From Coriobacteriia bacterium (GTDB lineage: Bacteria > Actinomycetota > Coriobacteriia > Anaerosomatales > JAAXUF01): a DNA stretch of 64,000 nt. The stretch spans positions 2,918 through 66,917 of the forward strand of contig JBBRSD010000009.1 in the NCBI GenBank assembly GCA_038245725.1, given 5' to 3'. The translations under genes and the position numbers were made by a program. The stretch's first letter is position 1. Every line of letters begins with the position of its first letter. The notes beneath the pieces were generated by a model that was not told the DNA's origin, did no database searches, and worked only from the letters and a program-made list of their open reading frames with translations. Shown piece after piece: positions 17,031 through 26,794 of this stretch.

Positions 17031-18029
17031 GTGGACGCTCCGTTCGGCGACACGAAGATAGGCGTCGTCATCCCGGCGCACAACGAAGCCGAACACATCG
17101 GCGAGGTGATCCGCGGACTTCCCGAGTGGGTCTCGGCGATTCTGGTCGTCGACGACGTCAGTGATGATGAGACCTGCGCGGTCGTGAAGGCCTTGGCAGA
17201 TCCACGCGTCAAGCTCCTGCGCCATGCCGAGAACACCGGCGTCGGTGGCGCGATGGTCACCGGCTACCGGGCCGGCATCGAGCTGGGCTGCGACATCCTT
17301 GTGAAGATGGACGCCGACGGGCAGATGGCATCCTCGGACCTCCCCAGGCTCATCCGGCCGCTGGTCGAGGGAAACGCCGAGTACACGAAGGGCAACCGGT
17401 TCTACGTCATCAACGCGAATCGGACGATGCCACGGACCCGCAAGCTCGGCAGTGTGATCCTCACCTTCATGACGAAGATGGCCAGCGGCTACTGGCACAT
17501 CTTCGATTCCCAGTGTGGCTTCACCGCGATGCGTTCTCACCTGCTGAAGATGATCGACCTTGATGCCATCGCGCACGATTACTTCTTCGAAAACGACATG
17601 CTCATCTGGCTCAACACGGCGGATGCGCGAGTCGTGGACGTTCCCATCCAGACTCTGTACGGAGCCGAGGTCTCAGACGTTCGTATCGGCCGGGTGGTGT
17701 GGTCGTTTCCGCCTCGGCTGATCCGCGGTTGGTTCTTCCGGGTCGCGCGCAAGTATCTGCTCATGGACTTCGGCGCGATCGGTGCCCTTGGGGTTCTCGG
17801 CACGGGGCTCGCAACGTTTGGCGCGGCGTATGGCGGTTACCGGCTCGTGCTCGCGAACGTCACGGGCGTCCCCACGACGACCGGCACCGTGATGTTTGCG
17901 GTCTTGCCGCTCATCGTCGGCATTCAGTCCGTCCTCCAGGGGTTCATCATGGAGGTCTCGGCCTCGCCCGGCGCCGAGGAGACACGCAGCTACGTCCACC
18001 GGCTTATTGACTCCGGGGATCTCGAGTAG
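17031..18029 (+). CDS. GT2 glycosyltransferase with C-terminal TM helices (GtrB/CsbB-like polyprenyl-phosphate sugar synthase)
   Basis: VVIPAHNEAEHI...VVDDVSDDET...KMDADGQM (DxD) with two C-terminal TM segments. Divergent from YfhO paralogue 1. Confidence 0.85.
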   Translation: MDAPFGDTKIGVVIPAHNEAEHIGEVIRGLPEWVSAILVVDDVSDDETCAVVKALADPRVKLLRHAENTGVGGAMVTGYRAGIELGCDILVKMDADGQMASSDLPRLIRPLVEGNAEYTKGNRFYVINANRTMPRTRKLGSVILTFMTKMASGYWHIFDSQCGFTAMRSHLLKMIDLDAIAHDYFFENDMLIWLNTADARVVDVPIQTLYGAEVSDVRIGRVVWSFPPRLIRGWFFRVARKYLLMDFGAIGALGVLGTGLATFGAAYGGYRLVLANVTGVPTTTGTVMFAVLPLIVGIQSVLQGFIMEVSASPGAEETRSYVHRLIDSGDLE

Positions 18030-18058
18030 CCGCCGAACCAACGCGCGATGTGGCCCCC

Positions 18059-18682
18059 CTACTGCGCGATCACGACCGCTTTGCGCCGGTACGTGTCCGT
18101 CTCGAGCGCCTTGAGTAGCAGCGCGGCGACGTCCGCGCGCGAGACGCGGCTCGTCTTCGGAAGCAGGGCGCCGTCAAGCGAGACGCGGTACTGGCCCGAA
18201 GCTGGCTCATCGGAAAGGCCCACCGGCCGGATGATCGTCCACTCGAGGTCTGACGCCATGATGCGCATCTCCATGGCCTCGAGGTCGTCGTAGACCGGAC
18301 GCAGCGTCGTGGCGATCAAGGCTCGGTAGCCCAGCGAGAGGTGGCGGCTGGTGCGGGCGAACGCACCTGCGGCGCTCACGGCGGCCAACCTGGAGACGCC
18401 GTGGGACGCCATCGCGTGCATCACGTTGGCGATTCCGAGTTCGTGGACGTGTTCGCCGCTGGAGCCCTGCGACAGTGCGAAGACGACGGCGTCTACCGAG
18501 TCCATCGCGTCCGAGACAGCGTCGAAGTCGAGAACGTCGCCGGTGACGGACATGAGGCCTGGGTGCTCCAACCCGAGCGTGGAGTCGCGGAGGAACGCGA
18601 CGACCGTGTGCCCGCGACCCAGTGCGCGCTCGACGACCTGTCGGCCGATTCGCCCGGCGGCTCCGAACACCAGGACCCGCAT
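18059..18682 (-). CDS. NAD(P)H-binding NmrA/SDR-like oxidoreductase
   Basis: MRVLVFGAAGRIGRQVVERALGRGHTVVAFLRD Rossmann motif. Confidence 0.8.
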   Translation of the reverse strand: MRVLVFGAAGRIGRQVVERALGRGHTVVAFLRDSTLGLEHPGLMSVTGDVLDFDAVSDAMDSVDAVVFALSQGSSGEHVHELGIANVMHAMASHGVSRLAAVSAAGAFARTSRHLSLGYRALIATTLRPVYDDLEAMEMRIMASDLEWTIIRPVGLSDEPASGQYRVSLDGALLPKTSRVSRADVAALLLKALETDTYRRKAVVIAQ

Positions 18683-18715
18683 AGGTCTCCTCCTGCTCCC
18701 CGGTCCGCGGAGTCG

Positions 18716-19315
18716 CTAGTTAGATGCTGCCGGCTGTGCCGTTCGCGATACCGTCCCGCCTCGGGCGTCGTGGAACACCTCTCGGACCGTGATCGTCACA
18801 GGCTCGCCGTTCACGATCAGCTGCTTGTCCGCACCGGCCTTCGACGTCGAGGCCGAACTCTTCTCTGACGAACCGCCGCCGCCCATACCGCCGCCCGAGG
18901 CCGATGCCGTCGACGTGAATTCGAATACGTTCGGTTGGCCGCGATCGGCTACGAGCGTAACGATGAATACGTTCGGCATCTTCTTCTTGGGAGTGAGCGA
19001 GACTCTAATATTCGTGCTCTGACCTGCAGAAACTCTCTGCCGACCATACACTTCGCCAGCCTGCCCTCCGGTTCCAACGGGCGCTGCGACCACGAGCCAC
19101 GCATCTGTAGGCGTGACGACTCGCTCGACGACCATCTCTTCCCACCGACTGGTTTGATCCGAAAACTGGATGGCGGCCGCACCCGGCTTCACGCTGTAGC
19201 CATCCGCAGTTCGTGTGGCGTTTCCCGTGAACGTGATGGCGAACAACAGACCAACCTCGGCAATGAGTATCATTCCGCCGATCAGCTGCCAGCGCCGCAT
19301 CTTAAGCCTCGCCAC
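18716..19315 (-). CDS. Membrane-anchored protein with one copy of an unassigned beta-rich domain plus a Gly/Ser-rich insert
   Basis: N-terminal TM LIGGMILIAEVGLLFAITF. The domain VVTPTDAWLVVAAPVGTGGQAGEVYG...AGQSTNIRVSL...FIVTLVADRGQPNVFEF is homologous to the repeats in 19427-20272. Confidence 0.6.
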   Translation of the reverse strand: MARLKMRRWQLIGGMILIAEVGLLFAITFTGNATRTADGYSVKPGAAAIQFSDQTSRWEEMVVERVVTPTDAWLVVAAPVGTGGQAGEVYGRQRVSAGQSTNIRVSLTPKKKMPNVFIVTLVADRGQPNVFEFTSTASASGGGMGGGGSSEKSSASTSKAGADKQLIVNGEPVTITVREVFHDARGGTVSRTAQPAASN

Positions 19316-19426
19316 AACGACTCCCGTCAGTCCTTCTCGATGTGTAGGCGGCCAGCGACCGCTTCACGCTTATACCCGTGTGCGCGCCAGGCGCCGTCGG
19401 CCCGACGCGCCGATGCCCTCAGACGA

Positions 19427-20272
19427 TCAGCGAACACGCACCTTGTTCGCGTACTCGACGCCGTTCACAAGGAACGGCTGATCGACACTGTTGAGCGGGT
19501 CGGCCGGGTCGAAATCGAAGATGTTCGGCGTGCCTCGGTCGGCGTAGAGCGAGACCGCCAGCCTCGAACTCAGTGGAAGCGGATCAAGCGGGACCACAAC
19601 GCCCGTACTCTCACCCGAACGAACGTGTGCGAGCCCGATCCGCTGACCTTGGCCGCCATCCTTGTCGATACGGACGACTACCCACGCCGCTCCCGGTGCC
19701 GACACTCGCGAGATCAGAAGCGACTTCGACGCTCCGATCTGGTCGTCTGCGACGAGCGCGACCTTAGATGCGTCAACTGGGATCCCATACTGGCGCACCG
19801 CCACGACCGCAGCGAGTTCCCTGCCGCCGACGATGATGGGCCGATCAGCGCTTTGCGTCTTGCTCATCGGGTCGAAGTCAAACGTGCCTCGGGTGCCGCG
19901 GTCGGCGTACAGCGTCACGATGACCTGCGGGGTCTTGAGGTTCTCCAGAGGAATAGCAACGTCGCGCGACTCGCCTGAGAGAACGAACGACGTCGCCAGC
20001 TGGTCGCCCGGCTGCCCTCCCACATCGGCGTTGACGACGAGCCACGCATCGTCAGGGGCGAGCACGCGTTTGATGTTGAGCTGCTCGACTCCGATCTGAC
20101 TCGCAGAAACCTCGAGTTGCGCTTTGCTCGGCGACGCCACATAACCCAACAACTTCGCTTGCTGCGCGATCTGGCTGTTGGAGTTCACGCAGCCGGACAT
20201 GGCGACAACAGCGATCGCCGACAGTGTCAGACCTGTGCGGGAGAATCGCTTCATTGGTGGGCGCGCTTTCAC
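19427..20272 (-). CDS. Lipoprotein with two tandem copies of the same unassigned domain
   Basis: Lipobox VAMSGC. The repeats contain [14 protein letters not shown]...[11 protein letters not shown]...[15 protein letters not shown] and [14 protein letters not shown]...[11 protein letters not shown]...[15 protein letters not shown]. The GTG start overlaps the copA stop (GTGA). Confidence 0.65.
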   Translation of the reverse strand: MKARPPMKRFSRTGLTLSAIAVVAMSGCVNSNSQIAQQAKLLGYVASPSKAQLEVSASQIGVEQLNIKRVLAPDDAWLVVNADVGGQPGDQLATSFVLSGESRDVAIPLENLKTPQVIVTLYADRGTRGTFDFDPMSKTQSADRPIIVGGRELAAVVAVRQYGIPVDASKVALVADDQIGASKSLLISRVSAPGAAWVVVRIDKDGGQGQRIGLAHVRSGESTGVVVPLDPLPLSSRLAVSLYADRGTPNIFDFDPADPLNSVDQPFLVNGVEYANKVRVR

Positions 20273-23200
20273 GCCGCCGCCACAGGTACTTCAGGTTGAG
20301 AAGAGGGTGCAGGTGCGAACTTGGGCTTGAAGCGCCGCAGCAGAAGGGAGTTCGTCACCACAGAGACCGATGAGAACGCCATAGCCGCGCCCGCGATCCA
20401 AGGGAACGGTGAGAGCAGCCCAACTGCGGCCACCGGAATGAGCACGGTGTTGTAGCCCAGCGCCCAGACGAAGTTCTGGCGTATCTTGCGCATGGTCCGG
20501 CGCGATAGTTCGATCGCGGTCACGACGTCGCGCAGGTCGTTCTTGATGAGCACGATGCCGCCGGTCTCCATCGCGACGTCCGTGCCAGCACCCATCGCTA
20601 TGCCCACGTCGGCCTGCGCGAGCGCTGGCGTGTCGTTGATGCCGTCACCGACCATCGCGACGATGAGCCCTTCGGCCTGCAGCTTCGCGACCTCCTCGGC
20701 TTTGTGCTCGGGGAGCACCTCGGCGAGGACCTGTGTTGCGGGGATGCCCACCAGCTTCGCGATCGCCTCGGCCGTGCGGCGGTTGTCGCCCGTGATCATG
20801 TAGACCTTCACGTCGCCGCTACGGAGGCGTCTGACAGCTTCGGCCGAGTTCGGCTTGAGCGTGTCTGCGACCGCGATGAGCCCTGCGAGCTTCTGCCCGT
20901 TGACGCCAACGAGCATCACGGTCTTGCCCTCGCTCTCGAGCTGAGCGATGCGCTCTTCGAAAGCCCCGATCTCGATGCCCTCGCGCGCCATGAGCTTGCG
21001 GTTGCCGAACGCGACGCGCATGCCGGTCACGACGCCTTCGACGCCGTGACCCGGAATCGCCGAGAACCCCTCGACCTCCGGTATCGCGATCCCGTCGGCC
21101 TTGGCGCGCGCCATGACCGCCTCGGCCAGCGGGTGCTCGGAGTTCTTCTCGAGCGCCGCAGCGAACGTGAACATGCGCGCGGTGTCGTGGCCCTCGGCGA
21201 GTTCGATGTCGGTGACCTCGGGCTTGCCGTGCGTGAGCGTGCCGGTCTTGTCGAAGACGATCGCCGAGATCTTGTACGCGGTCTCAAGCGCGTCGCCGGA
21301 CTTGATCAGGATGCCGTTCTCGGCGCCTCGGCCCGTGCCGACCATGATCGCCGTTGGCGTGGCGAGCCCGAGCGCACATGGACACGCGATTACCACGACG
21401 GCGATGCCGGCGAGCAGCGCGGCAATCCACCAGCCGTTGATCGAGGCGGCCATGAGAATCGGCTGGAGGAGCGCGAAGGAGCCCGTGGGGTCCGGCTGCG
21501 TCCCGAAGATGAGCGGGCCGGCGAAGGCCCAGAACAGGAACGTCAACACGGCCGCAACGATGACCGTCGGCACGAAAACGGCGCTGATCCGATCGGCGAA
21601 GCGCTGCACGGGCGCCTTGCTGCCCTGCGCCTCCTCGACCAGGCGCACGATCTGCGCGAGCGCGGTGTCGGCTCCAACCTTCGTCGCGCGAAACGTGAAC
21701 GATCCGAGCTTGTTCGTGGTCGCGCCGATGACTTGATCACCGGCGTTCTTTTCGACCGGAATCGGCTCTCCGGTCAGCATCGACTCGTCGACCGCGCTGC
21801 TACCGGACATGACGAGGCCGTCGACCGGCACCTTCTCGCCCGGACGCACGACGATGAGGTCACCGACGACGACCTGCTCGATGGGCACGTCGAGCTCTTC
21901 TCCCCCACGCACGATGCGCGCCGTCTTTGCAGCCAGGCCGATCAGCTTCTTGATCGCATCGCTCGTGCGGCCCTTCGCCCGAGCCTCAAGCAACTTGCCG
22001 AGAAGGACGAACGTAATGAGCAACGCGCTCGTCTCGTAGAACGACGGTTCCATCTGGACCGCCGGGACGAACGTAGCGGCAACGGAATAGAAGTACGCCG
22101 CCGAGGTACCGATGGCGACGAGTAGATCCATGCTGCCGCTCAGCCGTTTGATCGCGTGGAATGCTCCCCGGTAGAAGCGCCAGCCGGCGACGAACTGGAC
22201 CGGAGTGGCGAGCGCGAACATGAGGTACTTGGAGACCATCATCGGATTCCACGCACCGCCGACGGCGCTCGCCAGCCACTCGGAAATCTTCAGCGGCACG
22301 AGCGTCATGAACGGCGGAATCATCGCGATCACGACGAGCGGAATCGAGAAAGCCAGCGCGAAGAAGAACATGTGTACTTCGGTCTGGTACGCCTGTGCCT
22401 GCGCTTCTGCCTGCACGTCGACCTTCTCGGAACCAAGAGCTAGATCGACCTTGACGGTCGCGCCGTACCCCGCGCCCTTGATCGCGCTGATGATGTCGTC
22501 GACGCCCACGACCTCCGGGTTGAATTCGACGATGCCGGTGTTCGTCGCAAGGTTCACGCTGACGCTCTCGACGCCATCAATCTTGCCGACGACCTTCTCG
22601 ATGATCGCCGAGCAGGACGCGCACGTCATGCCCGTGATCGCGAGTGTGATGCGACCGGCGGGGCCGGCGGGACGCGAAGCTGCCGCGCTCACGTCACCCA
22701 CCGACGACAGCAGCGTCGCCGTGTAGCCGATGCTTCCGACCTTCTCGGCGATGGCGCCGGGGTCGAGCACGTGAGGATCGTAGGTTGTCGTCAGCCGCTC
22801 CAGCGCCAGATTGACCGTCGCCGAGCCGATGCCCTCGGTCTTGCCGAGAACCTTTTCGATAATCGCCGAGCAAGACGCACAGGTCATGCCACCCACGGCG
22901 AACGTGGCTTCGGAGGTTGCCGACATCGGGGCCGTTTCGGCAGGAGCCGCTGGTTCGGCTTCCTCGGGAACGACCGGGCAGGCGGTGGGTTCGGGTGCCG
23001 CGAGAGACGCGGGCGAGGGCGACGCCGCGAGCTCGGGTGCGGGTACGGGCTCTGGCTCGGGCGGCGGTGCGGGTGTGCGTGCAGGCATGGGAGCCGGCGC
23101 CGAGGTCTCGGCTGCTGGCGCGGGAGCCGGTGTGGGCGCAGACGCGACTGGGCCGACGCCCATCCTGGCGACGCGGGCCGCCACCGCGGCCGAAGCCGCC

Positions 23201-24288
23201 TTGGCGGCCTCTACGGCTGAGGAGGGTGCGGCTTCTGCCTCGGCCTCCGAGGTGTTCGCGCCGACCGCCGAAACAGCTGCAGCCATAGCTGCGACAGGTG
23301 CGGGCACGGGCATTGGTGCGGGCGTTGACGGCGGCTCGACGCGAGCCGCCTCAACCGACGCGGGCCCCATCGGCGCTGCAGCCGGGGCGCTTGCAGCCTG
23401 CTGAGATGCGGCGGGTGCTACGGCGCGGACGGCCTCGCCGGGCAGCGTGCTCACGATCGCCATTCCACGCACGAATGGAGTCCCCGGCGTGAAGCCTGCG
23501 GCCCTCACGGCGCTGGAAAGATCGCTGAGAGGCACCTCGCGATCGAGGTACACGGTCAGTGACTTGTCGCCAGCATCACCTTCGGCAGCAGCCACACCGG
23601 CGACCTGACGCGCTTCCATTGTCACGAGCTTCTCGCAGGCCGCGCAGTGCATGCCTTCAGAGCTCAACTTGAGACGTCGATACGAGCCGGTATGTGCCGG
23701 TGGCTGCGCGGCGACAGGAGACTCAACCGGTTTCGGGGAGACGACCGGTGCCGGTGGCTCGGCGTCGACCGGCGGTGCTGGCAGCTCGACCGCAACCATT
23801 GGTGCGACCGCGACCGGCGAAATCGCCGGCTCGGCGACCGTGGGTGCCGGCGGAGCGCCGACGTCGGGCTCGCGCTCAGCTGTCGGCTTGGAGAACATCC
23901 TCGCTGCCACAGGCACGGCGGACGCCGGCTCAGAGGGAATCGGATCCGGGAGTCCTCCGCTGTGGAGAATGAGCTCCACGTTGCCGATCTCGGTGCGGTC
24001 GGCCTCGATGGGCAACTCGACGGCGATGGCGGCGTCAGTTCCGCTCAGTACGGTCGGCGCGCCAGGCGAGAAGCCCGCTCGCACGATTGCAGTCAACATC
24101 GCGTCTACGGGAACATCATGAGATGCATAGATGACGACCTGACCGTTCGAGTGGTTGGCGAGTACCGCTTCGATTCCGGGAATGTCGCTGAGCCAGGCGG
24201 TCAGGACTTGCTCGCAGGAGTGGCAACGCATTCCGTCGACTCGCAGGCGCACAACGGCGCGTTCGTTACTCGACGGCATCTGAATCAC
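20269..24288 (-). CDS. copA: Cu(I)/heavy-metal P1B-type ATPase with four N-terminal HMA domains
   Basis: [21 protein letters not shown] and [13 protein letters not shown] motifs are GMRCHSC, GMHCAAC and 2x [14 protein letters not shown]. 1339 aa because of two long Ala/Pro-rich linkers. Confidence 0.95.
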   Translation of the reverse strand: MIQMPSSNERAVVRLRVDGMRCHSCEQVLTAWLSDIPGIEAVLANHSNGQVVIYASHDVPVDAMLTAIVRAGFSPGAPTVLSGTDAAIAVELPIEADRTEIGNVELILHSGGLPDPIPSEPASAVPVAARMFSKPTAEREPDVGAPPAPTVAEPAISPVAVAPMVAVELPAPPVDAEPPAPVVSPKPVESPVAAQPPAHTGSYRRLKLSSEGMHCAACEKLVTMEARQVAGVAAAEGDAGDKSLTVYLDREVPLSDLSSAVRAAGFTPGTPFVRGMAIVSTLPGEAVRAVAPAASQQAASAPAAAPMGPASVEAARVEPPSTPAPMPVPAPVAAMAAAVSAVGANTSEAEAEAAPSSAVEAAKAASAAVAARVARMGVGPVASAPTPAPAPAAETSAPAPMPARTPAPPPEPEPVPAPELAASPSPASLAAPEPTACPVVPEEAEPAAPAETAPMSATSEATFAVGGMTCASCSAIIEKVLGKTEGIGSATVNLALERLTTTYDPHVLDPGAIAEKVGSIGYTATLLSSVGDVSAAASRPAGPAGRITLAITGMTCASCSAIIEKVVGKIDGVESVSVNLATNTGIVEFNPEVVGVDDIISAIKGAGYGATVKVDLALGSEKVDVQAEAQAQAYQTEVHMFFFALAFSIPLVVIAMIPPFMTLVPLKISEWLASAVGGAWNPMMVSKYLMFALATPVQFVAGWRFYRGAFHAIKRLSGSMDLLVAIGTSAAYFYSVAATFVPAVQMEPSFYETSALLITFVLLGKLLEARAKGRTSDAIKKLIGLAAKTARIVRGGEELDVPIEQVVVGDLIVVRPGEKVPVDGLVMSGSSAVDESMLTGEPIPVEKNAGDQVIGATTNKLGSFTFRATKVGADTALAQIVRLVEEAQGSKAPVQRFADRISAVFVPTVIVAAVLTFLFWAFAGPLIFGTQPDPTGSFALLQPILMAASINGWWIAALLAGIAVVVIACPCALGLATPTAIMVGTGRGAENGILIKSGDALETAYKISAIVFDKTGTLTHGKPEVTDIELAEGHDTARMFTFAAALEKNSEHPLAEAVMARAKADGIAIPEVEGFSAIPGHGVEGVVTGMRVAFGNRKLMAREGIEIGAFEERIAQLESEGKTVMLVGVNGQKLAGLIAVADTLKPNSAEAVRRLRSGDVKVYMITGDNRRTAEAIAKLVGIPATQVLAEVLPEHKAEEVAKLQAEGLIVAMVGDGINDTPALAQADVGIAMGAGTDVAMETGGIVLIKNDLRDVVTAIELSRRTMRKIRQNFVWALGYNTVLIPVAAVGLLSPFPWIAGAAMAFSSVSVVTNSLLLRRFKPKFAPAPSSQPEVPVAAA

Positions 24289-24324
24289 CTGCCTGATTGA
24301 TGGTTGTGTGCGTCAGCATAACCC

Positions 24325-24894
24325 CTACTCAACTACAATCTTGCCGAATACCATGCTCATGCCGCACGAGAACGAGTACGTCCCCGCCTTCAATGCGGGA
24401 AGTCGGACGACCCTCGGGCCCGCCGAGAGATCCTCGGAGAACCCAAGGTCCGACGAGATGACCTGCGCCGTGCAGCCTCCACCTTGGCCAAACGTGATCT
24501 CAGCCGGAACGCCAGCCTTCAACTTGATGATGTTCGGGGAGTACGTAGTGCCGACCTTCACGCCTATCGCCTGAATGCCCCCACTGAGTAGTGCGTTCCC
24601 TTCCACGGGTGCGCCTGTCACCCCACTCTTCGTAGAGGCACTCGAACCGCCGCCGCAACAAGCGCAGCCACTGCCCCCCGCCGTTCCAGGAGCACAGGTT
24701 CGCTTTCCAGCCGCGCTGGCACCGGCAACGGGGGTGGCCCGGCCCACCGCGACGGCGATACCCGGTGATACGGCCTGCACGGTGCGTGCGGAGGCCAACT
24801 TGTACGCCCCGAGAAACGCCGCCATGAGCAGGCCCGCGATGATCACGAGTTGCAAAGCGTTGTTCTTCTTAGCTGCGCTCTCAGTCATTTCCAT
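24325..24894 (-). CDS. Membrane-anchored cupredoxin-like domain protein with a Cys-rich linker
   Basis: N-terminal TM, then CAPGTAGGSGCACCGGG. The C-terminal domain is ...IIKLKAGVPAEITF...GGCTAQV...ALKAGTYSFSCGMSMVFGKIVV (Cupredoxin_1-type signature). Confidence 0.7.
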   Translation of the reverse strand: MEMTESAAKKNNALQLVIIAGLLMAAFLGAYKLASARTVQAVSPGIAVAVGRATPVAGASAAGKRTCAPGTAGGSGCACCGGGSSASTKSGVTGAPVEGNALLSGGIQAIGVKVGTTYSPNIIKLKAGVPAEITFGQGGGCTAQVISSDLGFSEDLSAGPRVVRLPALKAGTYSFSCGMSMVFGKIVVE

Positions 24895-24912
24895 ACTCCT
24901 TTGAGTATCGGG

Positions 24913-26208
24913 TTACGAGAAGAAACCGCCAAGCGCCAGCCCCACGATTGCCGCGGCAACCAGGCCGCCTGCCAGCAAGACGAGCTGGACAGCCGTGAGG
25001 CCGAGCAGGACCGGCTGCGGAGCAGCAGCGGCCTTCTTACCCTTCTTGTTCGGTGCTGCCGCCGGCGCACGGCGCTTGGCAACGAACAGCGCCGTCGCGG
25101 TGACGACGAGCGTCAACGTGAGCCACAGCAGGGGTGAGCCTGGAACGCCTCCGGCGCTCGTCGGTCCTCCGATGGCGCCAACCGCCAGCGTGCCCGACAT
25201 CATCCCCATGCCACATGTCATCGTATACGTCCCGGCCTTGGTCGGCGGTATGTCGACCTTGGTCACGGCATCATCGGCCAGCGGGACGCTGACGCCTAGC
25301 TGCGGCAACACCAGTTGATTCGAACAGGACACGCTTTCTTGACGGTCGACTACGAGCCTCACGGGCTTGTCGGCGGGGATGTTGACGGTCGTCGGAACGT
25401 ACTGCGTGTTCTTGATGACGAGCGGGACCTCGATCACGCCGTCGGCAGCGGTGGTGTATCCCGCCGTTGAGGCCGTCGCGCCGCCGCCGATCACAGCCGT
25501 CTTGATGGTGGTGAACGTCACCGGCGAGCCGATGAGCGTGGCTGCGCGGTTGATGAAGACGAGGCCGAACAGCATGACCACGACCGCCAAGCCTACGGTC
25601 AGCTGATGTTTCCAGTTCTTCGGGATCATGCTCGAAGCGACGCCGAAGCCCAACATGAGCGGCGCAGTTCCCAGCCCGAAGGCGAGCATCGCAACGCCGC
25701 CGCCCAGGATGCTACCGGTGCCGGCAGCCGCGAGCTGAGCCGCCTGGAGCGGCGCGCATGGCATGAGTCCCGTCAGCAGCCCGAAGGAGATCGGCGTCGC
25801 AATCGAAGTCACACCGTGCTCGGCGTCGGACTTGGCCCTCCGGCGGAGCTTCGAGAGTGCCGTCACAAGGAACTTCGGCGGACGAGGACTCAGGCGCGCC
25901 GCCCACGGCACGCGACCAGTCATCCCCAATCCGAGGACGACCATGAAGCCGCCCGCCGCGAACATGATCCACGGCCGGACGCCGTTCAGGTTGAATGCCG
26001 AGCCGACCGCGCCGAGCAGCAAACCGACGAGTACGTAGCTGACGATCTTGGCGCCTTGATAGGCAAGGTTCGGCACGATCTTGGTGGTCCAATGATCGTC
26101 TTCATCGCCTTTGACGGCGTAGGTGACGACCATGGGGCCGCACATCGAGATGCAGTGGACGCTCGTTGCGAGGCCCAGCGCGAACATCGACAGGAATAGG
26201 GCTATCAC
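24913..26208 (-). CDS. DsbD_2-like transmembrane protein fused to a cupredoxin-like domain and a C-terminal TM pair
   Basis: SVHCISMCGPM (HCxxMCGP) and LMPCAPL motifs in a 6-TM core. Then ...VNIPADKPVRLVVDRQESVSCSNQLV...TKAGTYTMTCGMGMMSGTLAV. GTG 26208 follows a GAGGAG RBS; ATG 26250 is an alternative start. Confidence 0.75.
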   Translation of the reverse strand: MIALFLSMFALGLATSVHCISMCGPMVVTYAVKGDEDDHWTTKIVPNLAYQGAKIVSYVLVGLLLGAVGSAFNLNGVRPWIMFAAGGFMVVLGLGMTGRVPWAARLSPRPPKFLVTALSKLRRRAKSDAEHGVTSIATPISFGLLTGLMPCAPLQAAQLAAAGTGSILGGGVAMLAFGLGTAPLMLGFGVASSMIPKNWKHQLTVGLAVVVMLFGLVFINRAATLIGSPVTFTTIKTAVIGGGATASTAGYTTAADGVIEVPLVIKNTQYVPTTVNIPADKPVRLVVDRQESVSCSNQLVLPQLGVSVPLADDAVTKVDIPPTKAGTYTMTCGMGMMSGTLAVGAIGGPTSAGGVPGSPLLWLTLTLVVTATALFVAKRRAPAAAPNKKGKKAAAAPQPVLLGLTAVQLVLLAGGLVAAAIVGLALGGFFS

Positions 26209-26323
26209 GATGAAAGACTCCTCGTGTGCGGGGGCGGAACGGACGCCCACGATTCGGGGCGCACGCCAATAGCCGCACTAAGGCGCGCGCGAACACGCAA
26301 CCTGGTGCGGACACGAGAAAGGA

Positions 26324-26686
26324 TCAGACTCGGAAGCGCTCTCCGCGAGGACGTACGGGCGGAGGCGGTGGATTGCACGCTCGAGCCAGCACCGGGCGGC
26401 CGGTGACCTGCGGTGCGAGCAGTGCGACAGCGCCCGCGAAGGCCGCAAGGAGCATCAAAAACAGAGCGTCGATGCCGCTCGGGACTGTGCCCGCGGGGGC
26501 GGAGTCGAACGCCCACAGGCCTCCGCAAAGAGACGAGAAGTGCGGACCGTTGAACGGGACGAATCCCATTGCACCCGAGTTCATCGTGCAGCCGACCATG
26601 TGGCACGTCGGAACCGCGATCGCGACGATCGCGACCACGATAGCAAGCGGCAGGGCGAGCCTGCGCATGGTAGCGAATGCGGACAT
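26324..26686 (-). CDS. Hypothetical 2-TM protein with a CHMVGCTM Cys/His/Met motif
   Basis: TM1 LALPLAIVVAIVAIAV, motif PTCHMVGCTMNSG, TM2 IDALFLMLLAAFAGAVALLA. It is first in the minus-strand metal cluster. Competing ORFs on both strands are Arg-rich and look spurious. Confidence 0.4.
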   Translation of the reverse strand: MSAFATMRRLALPLAIVVAIVAIAVPTCHMVGCTMNSGAMGFVPFNGPHFSSLCGGLWAFDSAPAGTVPSGIDALFLMLLAAFAGAVALLAPQVTGRPVLARACNPPPPPVRPRGERFRV

Positions 26687-26794
26687 GGACGCCTTTCCGA
26701 AACCTTCGGCGCAAGTGAACCAACAACTTTCGTGCCGGGCGGTCTGCCGGGACAGGGTGTGCCAAGAGGGCAGCCGCTGGTACGTCGTTCGGAG

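Noticed and set aside
16012-17061. 349-aa plus-strand ORF inside YfhO paralogue 1
   Set aside because: Antisense, charged low-complexity (E/R/H-rich) and not membrane-like. The minus frame encodes a coherent polytopic protein that is paralogous to a second locus.
20704-22125. 473-aa plus-strand ORF (and several others, 22771-24300) antisense to copA
   Set aside because: The minus frame has all P-type ATPase signatures. The plus-strand ORFs are Arg/Asp/Gly-rich artefacts of GC-rich and Ala/Pro-linker DNA.
22909-23436. Repetitive GC-rich DNA that might have been a tandem repeat array or CRISPR-like structure
   Set aside because: There is no fixed-period direct repeat or spacer organisation. 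It is in-frame Ala/Pro/Ser/Glu low-complexity coding sequence linking HMA2 and HMA3 of copA.
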